A stretch of DNA of 64,000 bases from an uncultured Gemmatimonadales bacterium. GTDB lineage: Bacteria > Gemmatimonadota > Gemmatimonadetes > Gemmatimonadales > Gemmatimonadaceae. Positions 1 to 9,588 of the stretch are shown one piece after another. The stretch covers positions 128,001-192,000 of the forward strand of contig CAWBZV010000005.1 of assembly GCA_963793305.1 (NCBI GenBank), given 5' to 3'. The notes beneath the pieces are model-generated. The model worked only from the letters and a program-made list of their open reading frames with translations, was not told the DNA's origin and did not search any database. Made by a program: the position numbers and the translations under genes. Numbering within the stretch: the stretch's first letter is position 1; each line of letters opens with the position of its first letter.

Positions 1-684
1 GGCGCGCCGAGGCGCTTGGCGAAGACGGCCGGGCCGCGCGGGGTCTTCGCCGGGCGCCCGAAGAACGGCACGAACGTCGAGGCCAAGCCTTTCACACCCT
101 GGTCGGCGAGAAACGCGACCAGTCGCCCATCGCGCAACGATCGCGCCGTGCGCCGCACCGCCTCGTGGTCGTGGACGACCACCATGCCCATGTCCGCGCG
201 CGTGCGCGTGATGTACGCATTGAACAGCGGATTCGCCTGCTTGCGCGCGATCGCGTCGATCGGAATGCCGCGCGCGGCGAAATAGGCGCCACCGAGCTCC
301 CAGTTCCCGACGTGGCCGGTCACGGCGATGATGCCGCGTCCCGCGGCCATCGCTTGCTCGACCCAGTCCCAGTTGTCGACCTGCTCAAAGAGATCGACGA
401 GGCCCTGGCGGCCGAGGCGTGGCGCCAGGGCGATCTCGGCGGCGTTGCGGCCCAGGTGCCGGTATGCGGCCACCGCCGTCCGCTCGACGTCCGACTGACT
501 CATTCTCGGGGAATGCCGCGGCGATCTGTTGCTCGACGACCGCGCGACGGATGCCGAGGGGGCGGTATCCGAGGGCGCCGATCCACGCCCCAAACGCACC
601 GGCGCGCGGCCAGCTCAGCGTCTCGATGGCGCGGACCGCGCCGCGCAACGCGTAGAACTCGGCCGCCTGCGCGAGCGTGGTCAC
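1..684 (-). CDS. Lipid A late acyltransferase (LpxL/HtrB family), 3' end outside the window, one apparent +1 frameshift near 503
   Basis: N-terminus MTTLAQAAEFYALRG...IAAAFPE; after the frameshift reads ...VTGHVGNWELGG...LVAFLADQG...FVPFFGRPAKTPRGPA, typical LpxL motifs (HxGNWE, DQ, vpFFG). Confidence 0.85.
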
Positions 685-1787
685 GCGCAGACCTCGTCGA
701 CGAAGGCGATCGTGTCGGCGGCGACGCGGTCCCAGTTGTAGTGCGACTCGACGGCGTCGCGCGCCGTGCGGGCAAAAGACTCGCGCAGCGCGCGGTCGTC
801 GAGGAGGCGCCGAATGGCGGCGGCGGCGGCCGCGACATCGGTCGGGGGCACCAGCAACCCCGTCTCGCCATCGCGCACGGCCGATGAGACTCCGCCTGAG
901 TTTCCCGCGACGCTCGGTGTGCCGCTGGCCGCAGCTTCGACGAACGAGATCCCAAACCCCTCGGCCTGCGATCCCTCCTCTCTCGACAGGCCTACGTAGA
1001 CATCGGCTGTCGCATAGGCTTTGGCAATCTCGTCATCGGAGAGCGCACCCGCGAATGTGACCCGACTGGCGACGCCCGCTTCGCGGGCGATCGTCTGGAG
1101 CCGCTCGCGATCGGCGCCCGTTCCGACGATGAGATAGCGGGCATCGGGTACGAGGGCGAGAGCGCGGATCGCTACATCTTGGCCTTTGTGCGGGACCAGT
1201 CTCGCGACGGTCAACAACATTCGTGCTTCGCGCTTGCCTCGATCGGGGCGGAAGAACGTGGGGTCGGTGCCGAGATCGATCGCCGCGACTGGAGGTGGCC
1301 GCGTAATGCTCGCTTCGTGCATGACCGACCGCGCCAGCTCGGCGCTCCAGCGCGAGATCGCGATGATACCGCGACTGTCGCCGAGGATGCGGCGAAGCGT
1401 CCAGCGTTTGAGCGGGTTCGCCGAGATCTTGCGGCGCTCTTTGAGCAGGTCCAAGCCATAGACATACACCACGTACGGGCGGCGCATGGACCAGACCGGG
1501 TAGCCGGCTGGACGAATGTTGCCGCAGTGCAAGATGCCCGTGCGCGGGAGCGCTCGCGCCCAGCGAATCTGGTTCCCCAAACTTTTCGCGCCGGCGATGG
1601 AGAACGGCATCCGGGCAATTCTATAGTGCTCCGCCGCGTCGAACGTCGAAGCAGCCGGGTGAGAAACGGTCGAGACGAGAACGCCGCCGGCGTGAGCCAG
1701 GCGGCGACAGCGCTCCACGTTCACCCGCGCGATACCCCCCAAGTCGGGCCCATAGTCCTGCGTGACGAACACATGCCGCTCGCTCAT
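681..1787 (-). CDS. Glycosyltransferase family 4
   Basis: LLTVARLVPHKGQD and EGFGISFVEAAASGTP (E-X7-E) motifs. Confidence 0.9.
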   Translation of the reverse strand: MSERHVFVTQDYGPDLGGIARVNVERCRRLAHAGGVLVSTVSHPAASTFDAAEHYRIARMPFSIAGAKSLGNQIRWARALPRTGILHCGNIRPAGYPVWSMRRPYVVYVYGLDLLKERRKISANPLKRWTLRRILGDSRGIIAISRWSAELARSVMHEASITRPPPVAAIDLGTDPTFFRPDRGKREARMLLTVARLVPHKGQDVAIRALALVPDARYLIVGTGADRERLQTIAREAGVASRVTFAGALSDDEIAKAYATADVYVGLSREEGSQAEGFGISFVEAAASGTPSVAGNSGGVSSAVRDGETGLLVPPTDVAAAAAAIRRLLDDRALRESFARTARDAVESHYNWDRVAADTIAFVDEVCA

Positions 1788-2875
1788 TTCCAGCGACTGC
1801 GATCGCGTGCGTCGTCCGCCGCGCGCTGCACCGCATCGAGCATCATGCGCTCCGTATACTCGCGCGCGACCCGAGCGCGTCCCGCGCTCCCCATCGCCGC
1901 CCGCTGCTCGTCCTGCGACAGGAGCTCGGCGATCGTGGCCGCGGTCGCGGGGGTATCGCTGGGCGGCAGAATGATGCCGCTGATGCCATCGGCCACGTAT
2001 CGACTCGCGACGGTCCCCCGGTCGACGAGCACAGGGACCCGCATCGCCATGAAGTCCAGCACACCATAGACCGCCGTATCGTCGCTCGCCACCACCCAGC
2101 CCAAATCCGCGGCCCGCAGCACGGCCAGGTCGTCGTCCCGCGCCACCAGATGCGTGACCGCGTGGCCAATGTCGAGCGCCGCGGCTTGCATGCGCAAATC
2201 TTCGTGATCGGCGCCCGGGCCGAAGAGGAGGAGATGGAGCTCGGGGTGCCGCGGCACGAGCATGCCCATGGTACGCAACACCGTCGCCGCGCGCTGCTTG
2301 CCGCCCGCATCGTAGACGCAGACGATCAACCGCGGCGATGGCGCGCCGTTGTGCAAGTTGAGTGACGCCGGGCGAAGCTCATCATACCGCGCGGGATCGA
2401 TGCCGAGCTCGGCGACCAGCGCGGAGCGCACGCGCGGCAACGGCGGCGCGGCTTGGGCCTCGGTCGGCGTCGTGAAGAGCAGGCCGGTCGACGCCATGCG
2501 CGACGCGAACCGGGTCGCGCGGTCGGCGATCAGATGATCGCCGGCGGGCGTGCGTCGGATGATACCGCCGCGGCCGGCCAGTCGAGCGGCGCCCGCGGCC
2601 GCCAGATGCTCGCGGTCCGAGTGCACGAACACGGTCTCGACGAAACGTTCGAGAAAGATGTGGTGCAAGCGCCAGCTCTCTAGCGCGACACTCCCGCCCG
2701 GCTCGAACGGGATGACATCGCATCCCTCGGCCGCGACCCTGGCCTCGACGGCGCCACCCGGTGGGCAGACGTACGTAACCTGGTACCCCCGATCGGCAAG
2801 GCCGCGCGCGGAGGACGCGAACATGCGTGCGCTCCCGGTCCAGACCGGGGACGAGTAGTAGAAGAGGACGCGCAC
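1784..2875 (-). CDS. GT-B (GT4-like) glycosyltransferase with an atypical acidic motif
   Basis: MRVLFY N-terminus; C-terminal LDFMAMRVPV...DGISG...AMGSAGRARV pattern of GT4 enzymes. Confidence 0.75.
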   Translation of the reverse strand: MRVLFYYSSPVWTGSARMFASSARGLADRGYQVTYVCPPGGAVEARVAAEGCDVIPFEPGGSVALESWRLHHIFLERFVETVFVHSDREHLAAAGAARLAGRGGIIRRTPAGDHLIADRATRFASRMASTGLLFTTPTEAQAAPPLPRVRSALVAELGIDPARYDELRPASLNLHNGAPSPRLIVCVYDAGGKQRAATVLRTMGMLVPRHPELHLLLFGPGADHEDLRMQAAALDIGHAVTHLVARDDDLAVLRAADLGWVVASDDTAVYGVLDFMAMRVPVLVDRGTVASRYVADGISGIILPPSDTPATAATIAELLSQDEQRAAMGSAGRARVAREYTERMMLDAVQRAADDARDRSRWK

Positions 2876-2881
2876 CGTTCG

Positions 2882-4726
2882 CTAGAGCGCGCCGGCGGCC
2901 TCGACGCCTTCACGCATGGGGTCGCGCTCCTGCGCGGCGTGCAGCCGGTAGTACGCGCCCCGCGCGGACAGGAGCACATCGTGCGTGCCGCGCTCGACGA
3001 CGCGTCCGCGTTCCAGCACCAGGATCAGATCGGCGTGGCGCACCGTCGAGAGGCGGTGTGCGATGACGAACACCGTGCGACCCGCGAGGAGCCGGTCGAT
3101 CGCCTCTTGCACGAGGCGCTCGGATTCCGTATCCAGGGCCGACGTTGCCTCATCCAGAATCAGAATGGGCGGATCGACTAACAACGCCCGGGCGATCGCA
3201 ATTCTCTGGCGCTGGCCACCGGACAATCTCGTGCCTCGCTCGCCCAGCGCCGTCTCATAGCCGTGTTCCAGCTCGGTGATAAATCCGTGGGCGTTGGCGG
3301 CGCGGGCGGCGGCCATGATTTGGTCATCGCTGTAGGCGCCTTCGGCGCCATAGGCAATGTTGTTTTTCACTGTGTCGTTGAACAACACCGTATCTTGGCT
3401 CACGATACCCGTGAGCGCACGCAAGGAGCGCAGGGTGATCTCGCTCCCGTCAATGCCGTCCAAGAGAATGCGCCCTGAGGTGGGCGAATAGAATCGCGGG
3501 ATCAGGTCCACCAGCGTGCTTTTCCCTGCGCCACTCGGACCAACTAACGCGACGACATCGCCTTTCCGAGCGGTGAACGAGACATCGGTCAGGACCGGGT
3601 CGTCGGCCGAGTAGGCGAACGAGACGTGATCGAAGACGACGCTGTCCCGGAGGCCATCGACGGTGCGGGTGCCGCGATCGAGGACGGTCTCGGGTGTTTC
3701 GTCGAGAATGCTGAACACCCGGTCGGCAGCCGCCGACGAGGTGGTCGCGGTTGCCCAGAGCTGCGTCAGCTGCTTGAGCGGCTGCAGGAGCCGCATGACG
3801 ACCGACAGAAAGACGATGAGCTGCGATGCCTGCAAGGTCCCGGCGACCAGGACTTGCCGGGCGCCGATCCAGAGGAGGCCGACGGCAACGGCGGTGCCGA
3901 GCGTCTCGGTGATCGGCTGCGAGAGCAGCGCGTGGTTGGTCAGCTTGACCATCTCGCGCGAATACCGCGTGCTGGCCTCCACGAACCGCCGTTCTTCGTA
4001 CGGCTCGGCGCCAAACGACTTGACGAGGCGCATGCCGCTCACCGACTCCTGCACGACGCTCATCATCTCGCCGTAGTCGTTGCGCGTCCGACGCGCGCCC
4101 TTGCGGAGCCGGCGGAGGAGCGGCTGCAACGCACCGATGATCGCCGGAGCGACGACGAGCGCCAGCAACGTCAGGTGCGCCGAGATGGCGAACAGGAAGC
4201 AGATGTAGGCGATGATCAGCGAGGAGTTCTGCAACCCCTGCGTGACGATCTGCGTGATCAGCGCCTTGGTGAGATCGGTGTCGGTCAGGACCTTGGTGAG
4301 AATCTGACCGGCGCGGGTGCGCGTGAAGTAGCGCAGCGGCAAACGCTGCAGGTGCGCATAGACCGCGTTCCGCATGTCGCGCACCACGTACTCTTGGAGT
4401 TGCGCGCCGAGGGTCCCGCCGCGCCAAGCGAACACGTTCTTGAGCGCGACGGTGGCGACGATAATCAAGATCACGATCTCGAGCGACCGCATCTTGTCGG
4501 TCGGGTCGAGCAGCGTGCCGATCGTCACGCCCAGGATCTTGGAGAGCCAGCCACTATTCGGCGGCAACAGCGTTTTGAGGCCGAACAGGGCGTTCAAGAA
4601 CGGGATCAAGAGCGCGAACGCGTAGGCGTCGAGCACCGCCGCCGCCATGCTGCACGCCACGGCCGACGCCATGCGCCAGGCGTGCGGCCGGAGGAAGCTC
4701 AGGAGGCGGCGGTTGACGGCTTTCAC
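2882..4726 (-). CDS. msbA: ABC exporter, fused permease/ATPase (MsbA-like lipid A flippase)
   Basis: TM domain, GPSGAGKST, LSGGQRQR, ILILDEATSALD; co-oriented with GTs and lpxL. Confidence 0.8.
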   Translation of the reverse strand: MKAVNRRLLSFLRPHAWRMASAVACSMAAAVLDAYAFALLIPFLNALFGLKTLLPPNSGWLSKILGVTIGTLLDPTDKMRSLEIVILIIVATVALKNVFAWRGGTLGAQLQEYVVRDMRNAVYAHLQRLPLRYFTRTRAGQILTKVLTDTDLTKALITQIVTQGLQNSSLIIAYICFLFAISAHLTLLALVVAPAIIGALQPLLRRLRKGARRTRNDYGEMMSVVQESVSGMRLVKSFGAEPYEERRFVEASTRYSREMVKLTNHALLSQPITETLGTAVAVGLLWIGARQVLVAGTLQASQLIVFLSVVMRLLQPLKQLTQLWATATTSSAAADRVFSILDETPETVLDRGTRTVDGLRDSVVFDHVSFAYSADDPVLTDVSFTARKGDVVALVGPSGAGKSTLVDLIPRFYSPTSGRILLDGIDGSEITLRSLRALTGIVSQDTVLFNDTVKNNIAYGAEGAYSDDQIMAAARAANAHGFITELEHGYETALGERGTRLSGGQRQRIAIARALLVDPPILILDEATSALDTESERLVQEAIDRLLAGRTVFVIAHRLSTVRHADLILVLERGRVVERGTHDVLLSARGAYYRLHAAQERDPMREGVEAAGAL

Positions 4727-6291
4727 CGTCGCGGCGTCAGCAGCGCGACGGGGAGAATCACTTCTTCGGGCGTGACGCCCCCGTGCAAGAATGAGCCGCG
4801 ATACCGGCTCTGATACTCTCTGAGCTTGGTCGGATAGACAAAGAACGTGTCGCCAGCCGCGAGCAGGGTGTTGGCGCCCAGTCCCCGCCTCGGCAATCTC
4901 AACGCATTGGCATTCGGAAACAGCAACGCATGCTCCGCGTGCTCGGCCCGCACGTCCTCTCCAAACTTGTATCGGAGATTCGCGGTCGCATCACGTTTGG
5001 CATACACCGTCGCTGGCGTCTGGCAATGGATCGAGCCGTGGTCGCTCGTCAGCAACACGGAAATCTTCCGGCGCGCCGCTTCTTTCAACACGGAGAACAG
5101 CGCCGACCGCTGAAACCATTGGCGCGTGAGCTGCCGCAGCGCGATTTCATCTCGCGCCACTTCGTACAGAATAGCGGATTCGCTGCGGCCGTGGGTCAGC
5201 AAGTCGACGAAGTTGAATACAAATGCACTGACGCCTTCCGGTGCGATGGCCGCATTGACGCGGCGATCGAGCTCATCGGAGTCGACGGCCGTGGAGATCT
5301 TCTGGTAACGCACCGGGACGGAGCGGCCCAACTCTTTGAGATTCGCTTCGAGGAGGTCCCGCTCGTGGGCGTTGAGCGACTCGTCTTCCCTATCGCCAGG
5401 GCCCCACCAATCCGGGAACCGCGCGGCGATCTCGCCCGGAAAGAGGCCGCTGAATAGCGCGTTGCGCGAATAGGGAGTCGCCGTGGGAAGAACGGCGAAG
5501 TGATAATTGACTTCGACGTCGAACAGCGGGGCGAGCAACGGCGCCAAGACGAGCCACTGGTCGAGCCGCAAACAGTCGACGACGACGAACACCGCGGCCT
5601 TCTCGCGCGACAAGATCGGCGTCAGAAATTCGCTGATCACGTCCACCGACAGCGGCGGCCGATCGCCTTCGAGATTGCGGAGCCACGCCGGATAGGACTC
5701 CATCATGAACGCCGCGAACTCGCGGTGCATGTCGGCGTACAGACCGTGCAGCGATTCGTAGAGGCCCGTCTCCCCGGCCGCGGCCAGATCGACATCCCAT
5801 GCCATCAACTCGCTGTACCGCGCGATCCACCCGCGCCAGTCGAGCGGGCGCGCTCGCTCCAGCTCGATCGACCGGAAGCGCTCGACGAACCGCCGGGCCA
5901 GCGCTTGCTGGCGGATCCGCGGACCCTCGAGAATGCGGCGCACCACGGTCAGGACCTGACGCGGGTTGATCGGCTTGATCAAATAGTCACGAATGTTGGC
6001 GCCGATCGCCTCGTTCAGCGTCGCGTCTTCCTCGCTTTTCGTGACCATGACGACGGGCAACGCCGGACTGATCGCCTGCAGCTCGCGGTAGACCTCGAGT
6101 CCGCGCTTCCCAGGCATTTGTTCATCGAGCAGAACGATGTCGAAAGGCCGGCGGCGGAGGAGCTCGACGGCGTCGTCCGCGTTCGTTGCGGCCTCGACCT
6201 CGTAGCCGCTCTCCCGAAGGAAAATCCGGTGGGATTCCAGGAGTTCGGCCTCGTCATCGACCCACAAAACGGCCTTGGGACTCGGTGCCAT
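4723..6291 (-). CDS. Response regulator with C-terminal PglZ/alkaline-phosphatase-like domain (PorX-like)
   Basis: Receiver motifs LWVDDE, LLDEQMPG, VMVTK, KP; PglZ motifs VVDCLRLDQW, LPTATPYSRNALFSG, TSDHGS, HGGVTPEE. Confidence 0.9.
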   Translation of the reverse strand: MAPSPKAVLWVDDEAELLESHRIFLRESGYEVEAATNADDAVELLRRRPFDIVLLDEQMPGKRGLEVYRELQAISPALPVVMVTKSEEDATLNEAIGANIRDYLIKPINPRQVLTVVRRILEGPRIRQQALARRFVERFRSIELERARPLDWRGWIARYSELMAWDVDLAAAGETGLYESLHGLYADMHREFAAFMMESYPAWLRNLEGDRPPLSVDVISEFLTPILSREKAAVFVVVDCLRLDQWLVLAPLLAPLFDVEVNYHFAVLPTATPYSRNALFSGLFPGEIAARFPDWWGPGDREDESLNAHERDLLEANLKELGRSVPVRYQKISTAVDSDELDRRVNAAIAPEGVSAFVFNFVDLLTHGRSESAILYEVARDEIALRQLTRQWFQRSALFSVLKEAARRKISVLLTSDHGSIHCQTPATVYAKRDATANLRYKFGEDVRAEHAEHALLFPNANALRLPRRGLGANTLLAAGDTFFVYPTKLREYQSRYRGSFLHGGVTPEEVILPVALLTPRR

Positions 6292-6330
6292 CGTACTGCG
6301 CAATGTACCCGCACGCCGTACATTCGTCAT

Positions 6331-6735
6331 GTGTTCTCGCTGAGCATTCATTCGCGACCACCTTATGCTGTCCGAGAGACGCCGTTTCGGTTTCCGGCGT
6401 TAGCCGCGCTCGCCGGCCGTGGACAGATCGGCGGCGATCGCGAAGTCGCGCTGGCCGCGTTTACGACCGCGCGATTGGTGAACGGTTTGCTACCCCCGAA
6501 CGCCCTGCCGGCTCCAGCGCGCGCGGCGCGCGCGACCGCGGCTCGTCAATGGTTGTCGGCTCTGGCATTGCCGCAGGTGCTTCGGGCGTCGTTTGCGCGA
6601 CTCGCCGATGCCACCGCCGCGGATACCGGGGACGTGAGAGTGGCATTCCGTGCTGTGATCGACACGGCAGGGCCGCTGCTGGATGCGCCGTGCCGGGCTG
6701 AGCTGGAGCGGCTGTTCAGCGACCTGGAACCGTAG
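6331..6735 (+). CDS. Hypothetical alpha-helical protein
   Basis: Fills the gap between two genes; protein-like sequence (PPYAVRETPFRFPALAALAGR); TACATT box 6 nt before GTG. Confidence 0.65.
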   Translation: MFSLSIHSRPPYAVRETPFRFPALAALAGRGQIGGDREVALAAFTTARLVNGLLPPNALPAPARAARATAARQWLSALALPQVLRASFARLADATAADTGDVRVAFRAVIDTAGPLLDAPCRAELERLFSDLEP

Positions 6736-8074
6736 CGCCAATCGCGACCACTGCGTCGACGAGCGCATCCAGGTCTTCGCGGCGCGTGCGGTGATTGGTG
6801 ATGGCGCAACGGATCGCATATCGGCCTGACACCTTCGTCCCAGAAGGCACCGCGACGCCGGTCTCCTGCAAGCGCAGCAGAATCTCCTCATTCACGGCAT
6901 CGTCGCCGGGCGCATAGCGAAAGCAGACGACATTGAGCGCGACCGGCGCAAGGCGTTCGAGCAGTGGGTTCGCATCTATGCGCTCGGCCAGATAGCGCGC
7001 TTGCGCCACGTTCTCCTCGATCATCCGCGCCAGCGCGTCGGTACCATGAGCCTTGAACGACATCCAGACTTTGAGCGCTTTGAATCCGCGCGTGAGCTCG
7101 ATCCCACGCTCGGCAAATGGCAGACCGCCGGCGATCACGCCCCGCGTCGTCGGCGCCAAGTAATTCGCACTGGTCGCAAACGTCGAACGGACTCGCTCGG
7201 CGTCACGCACCAGTACACACGCGCACTCGAACGGGAGATAGCCCCATTTGTGCAGATCAAATCCCACGGAATCTGCTCTCTCTAGTCCCGCGACCAGCGG
7301 CTTGAGCGTGTTCGAGAGTGACGCCAATGCACCGAAGGCGCCATCGACGTGGAACCACACGCCCTCCTCGCGGGCGATATCAGCCATCGCGTTGAGATCA
7401 TTGATTGCGCCCGTGTTGACCGTCCCCGCCGTGCCGATGATCGCGAATGGACGCTCGGCCCTTACCGCGCGACGCAGCGCATCGAGATCAATGGCATCGT
7501 CAGGACCGACGGCGATTTCTGTATACGACAGCTTGAGCAGCTTGACTGTTTTCTTCGCCCAGCTGTGCGTCTCGGTCGAGCCGTAGCAGATGGTGCTCGA
7601 AGACGAGTGCTGGGCGACGGCGAGAGCGAGCAGATTGGCCATCGATCCGCCGGACACGAACAACCCGCTCGCGTCACTTGGAAAGCCGAGGAGCTCGGCC
7701 AACCAGTTGATCACTCGTTGTTCGACCAAAGCAGGCGCTTGATCAAAACCCGCCATGTGCGGATTGATGCCGGCAGCGAGCATGTCGGCCATCATGCCCA
7801 GAGGCGTGCCGTTGCCCTGGACCCAGCCCCAAAAGCGAGGGTGCAGGTTCCCGTTCGTGTACGGCATGACGTTGGCGACAAAGTCTTCGTACACGTCGGC
7901 ATCGCCCTGACCGGCACGTGGGACGGGTTCCGTGCTGAGGATGCGCCGCACCTCGGCCGGCATGGACCGCCAGGCGGGTTGCTCGTGCAGGGTCGAGAGA
8001 TGATCGAGCATATCGTCCACCATGCGGTGCGCGAGCGCCCGAAATTCCCCCCAGTCAACGGGATCGAATGGCAT
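6716..8074 (-). CDS. PLP-dependent group II amino-acid decarboxylase
   Basis: HPRFWGWV, FVSGGSMAN, GTAGTVNTGA, WFHVDGAFG, DLHKW (PLP lysine). Confidence 0.92.
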   Translation of the reverse strand: MPFDPVDWGEFRALAHRMVDDMLDHLSTLHEQPAWRSMPAEVRRILSTEPVPRAGQGDADVYEDFVANVMPYTNGNLHPRFWGWVQGNGTPLGMMADMLAAGINPHMAGFDQAPALVEQRVINWLAELLGFPSDASGLFVSGGSMANLLALAVAQHSSSSTICYGSTETHSWAKKTVKLLKLSYTEIAVGPDDAIDLDALRRAVRAERPFAIIGTAGTVNTGAINDLNAMADIAREEGVWFHVDGAFGALASLSNTLKPLVAGLERADSVGFDLHKWGYLPFECACVLVRDAERVRSTFATSANYLAPTTRGVIAGGLPFAERGIELTRGFKALKVWMSFKAHGTDALARMIEENVAQARYLAERIDANPLLERLAPVALNVVCFRYAPGDDAVNEEILLRLQETGVAVPSGTKVSGRYAIRCAITNHRTRREDLDALVDAVVAIGATVPGR

Positions 8075-9554
8075 GCAAGACGCCTGGCCCGTAGGTGATG
8101 ATCAGCCGGGACACGCCGTAGATGGCGAGGAGAAACAACATCATGAACAATAGATCGAGCATCATGATGAGCACGAGTGCAACCGCCAGCAGCCCGACTA
8201 TGAGCACAAGAAATGGCCCGAGCAGCACCGTCATCAGCATGGCGCCGACGAGCGACGGCTTGCGCGTCGTATCCGCGATGCGTGCGCCCATGGCCCGCAG
8301 CGCTTTGAGCCGCCGCTCGGCGCTCACGTTCATGGACCGGGAGAGCGCGGTCACGCTGGAGGAGTCGTCGCCGGTGGATGACCCCCACCAGGCGGCGAAC
8401 AAATGGGAGACCGGCCCGGCCTTCGGAACCGCAACGCTTACGTGGCGCAACCGCTCGACCGCCGAGGCCAACCCATCGGGGTTCCGCGTCAGCTGCACCG
8501 CCGTCGCATCGGCGAGGAGCTGACGGCGCTTCCACATCGCGCCGATCAGCTGACCCACGAACAGTCCGCTCGACAAGCCGACAATCATGTCGATGGACAT
8601 CGCCGACCATTGCATCGGGAGCGTGATGAGCGTGAGGCAGCCGCCGTTGCGGTGGCGGTTCGTCCACCGGTCGATGTCCTCGCTCGAATCAGCGGCGCGG
8701 GCGAGTGATGTCATAACGGCGTCCTGCTCCGACGCGCCGTGCGGCAGAATCGCGAGACGCACGAACCGGAACAGCATGCGCCAGGCGCGGAATCCGAACA
8801 GCGCATTGAGCAGCAGGCTGACCACGCCCATCGTCTGATAGATCGACAGGATGATGAGCGCGATCTTGAGATCGCCGTTGGCGACCGCGCCGACGAGTCG
8901 ACCGATGATCGCCTGCGTCTCGTCCCGACCCAATCCGTCCAAGAGCGGTCGCGTGACGACGATCGTCGCGTCAGCGACCGACCAGCCCACGGCGGCCGCA
9001 TTGGCCGCGCCGCCGGCCGCCGTCGCATCGAGGAGCATGACACGCGGCGGCGGAACACCCGCGGCAATCGCCATCTCCTCGACGAGGTTCATGAGCTGTC
9101 GCTCTTCGAAGTCGTTGAGGTTCGGATCCCGCGCTCCGAGCGTCAACAGCACTCCGCCGACTCCGGCCCGACGGAATACCACGCGGATCATGGCCCAAAA
9201 GCCGAGGAGCAGGATCGCTCCCGGAACCACCAGGATCGTCGAAACGATCAAGAGCTCGCGGAGTGGTACGACGACATGTGTGCCGCCGAGGAACGCCAGG
9301 ACATGAGGGAACAGCAGCGGCACATCGTGAAGCTGCCCCAGCCAACGCGCATTCGTTATTTCGCCCACGAGGAGCGCCACAGCGTAGAGCAATGGCGTGA
9401 TCAGAATGCTGAGCGGTAGGCCCGTCAGGAAAACCGCCGCGATCGCCGCCGCCGAGAAACGCCAACTGGCACGCCGGTGTCGGCGCTGCATTGTGAAAAA
9501 CGTGACCCGGTCGACCGGGCCAGGGATCGGCTTATACGGGGACTGGGCTGCCAC
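8055..9554 (-). CDS. HtpX/M48-family membrane protein lacking zinc ligands
   Basis: ERQLMNLVEEMAIAAGVPPP, NAAAVG, IVVTRPLL, ADATAVQLTRNPDGLASA match M48; HExxH position reads RLVGA; start uncertain. Confidence 0.75.
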   Translation of the reverse strand: MAAQSPYKPIPGPVDRVTFFTMQRRHRRASWRFSAAAIAAVFLTGLPLSILITPLLYAVALLVGEITNARWLGQLHDVPLLFPHVLAFLGGTHVVVPLRELLIVSTILVVPGAILLLGFWAMIRVVFRRAGVGGVLLTLGARDPNLNDFEERQLMNLVEEMAIAAGVPPPRVMLLDATAAGGAANAAAVGWSVADATIVVTRPLLDGLGRDETQAIIGRLVGAVANGDLKIALIILSIYQTMGVVSLLLNALFGFRAWRMLFRFVRLAILPHGASEQDAVMTSLARAADSSEDIDRWTNRHRNGGCLTLITLPMQWSAMSIDMIVGLSSGLFVGQLIGAMWKRRQLLADATAVQLTRNPDGLASAVERLRHVSVAVPKAGPVSHLFAAWWGSSTGDDSSSVTALSRSMNVSAERRLKALRAMGARIADTTRKPSLVGAMLMTVLLGPFLVLIVGLLAVALVLIMMLDLLFMMLFLLAIYGVSRLIITYGPGVLHAIRSR

Positions 9555-9588
9555 GCCCCAATCTGACTTCCACGACTCACCGTCGTCT

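Noticed and set aside
4723..6291. PglZ domain as part of a BREX defence system
   Set aside because: It is fused to a receiver domain (PorX architecture) and no brxC, pglX or brxL genes are nearby
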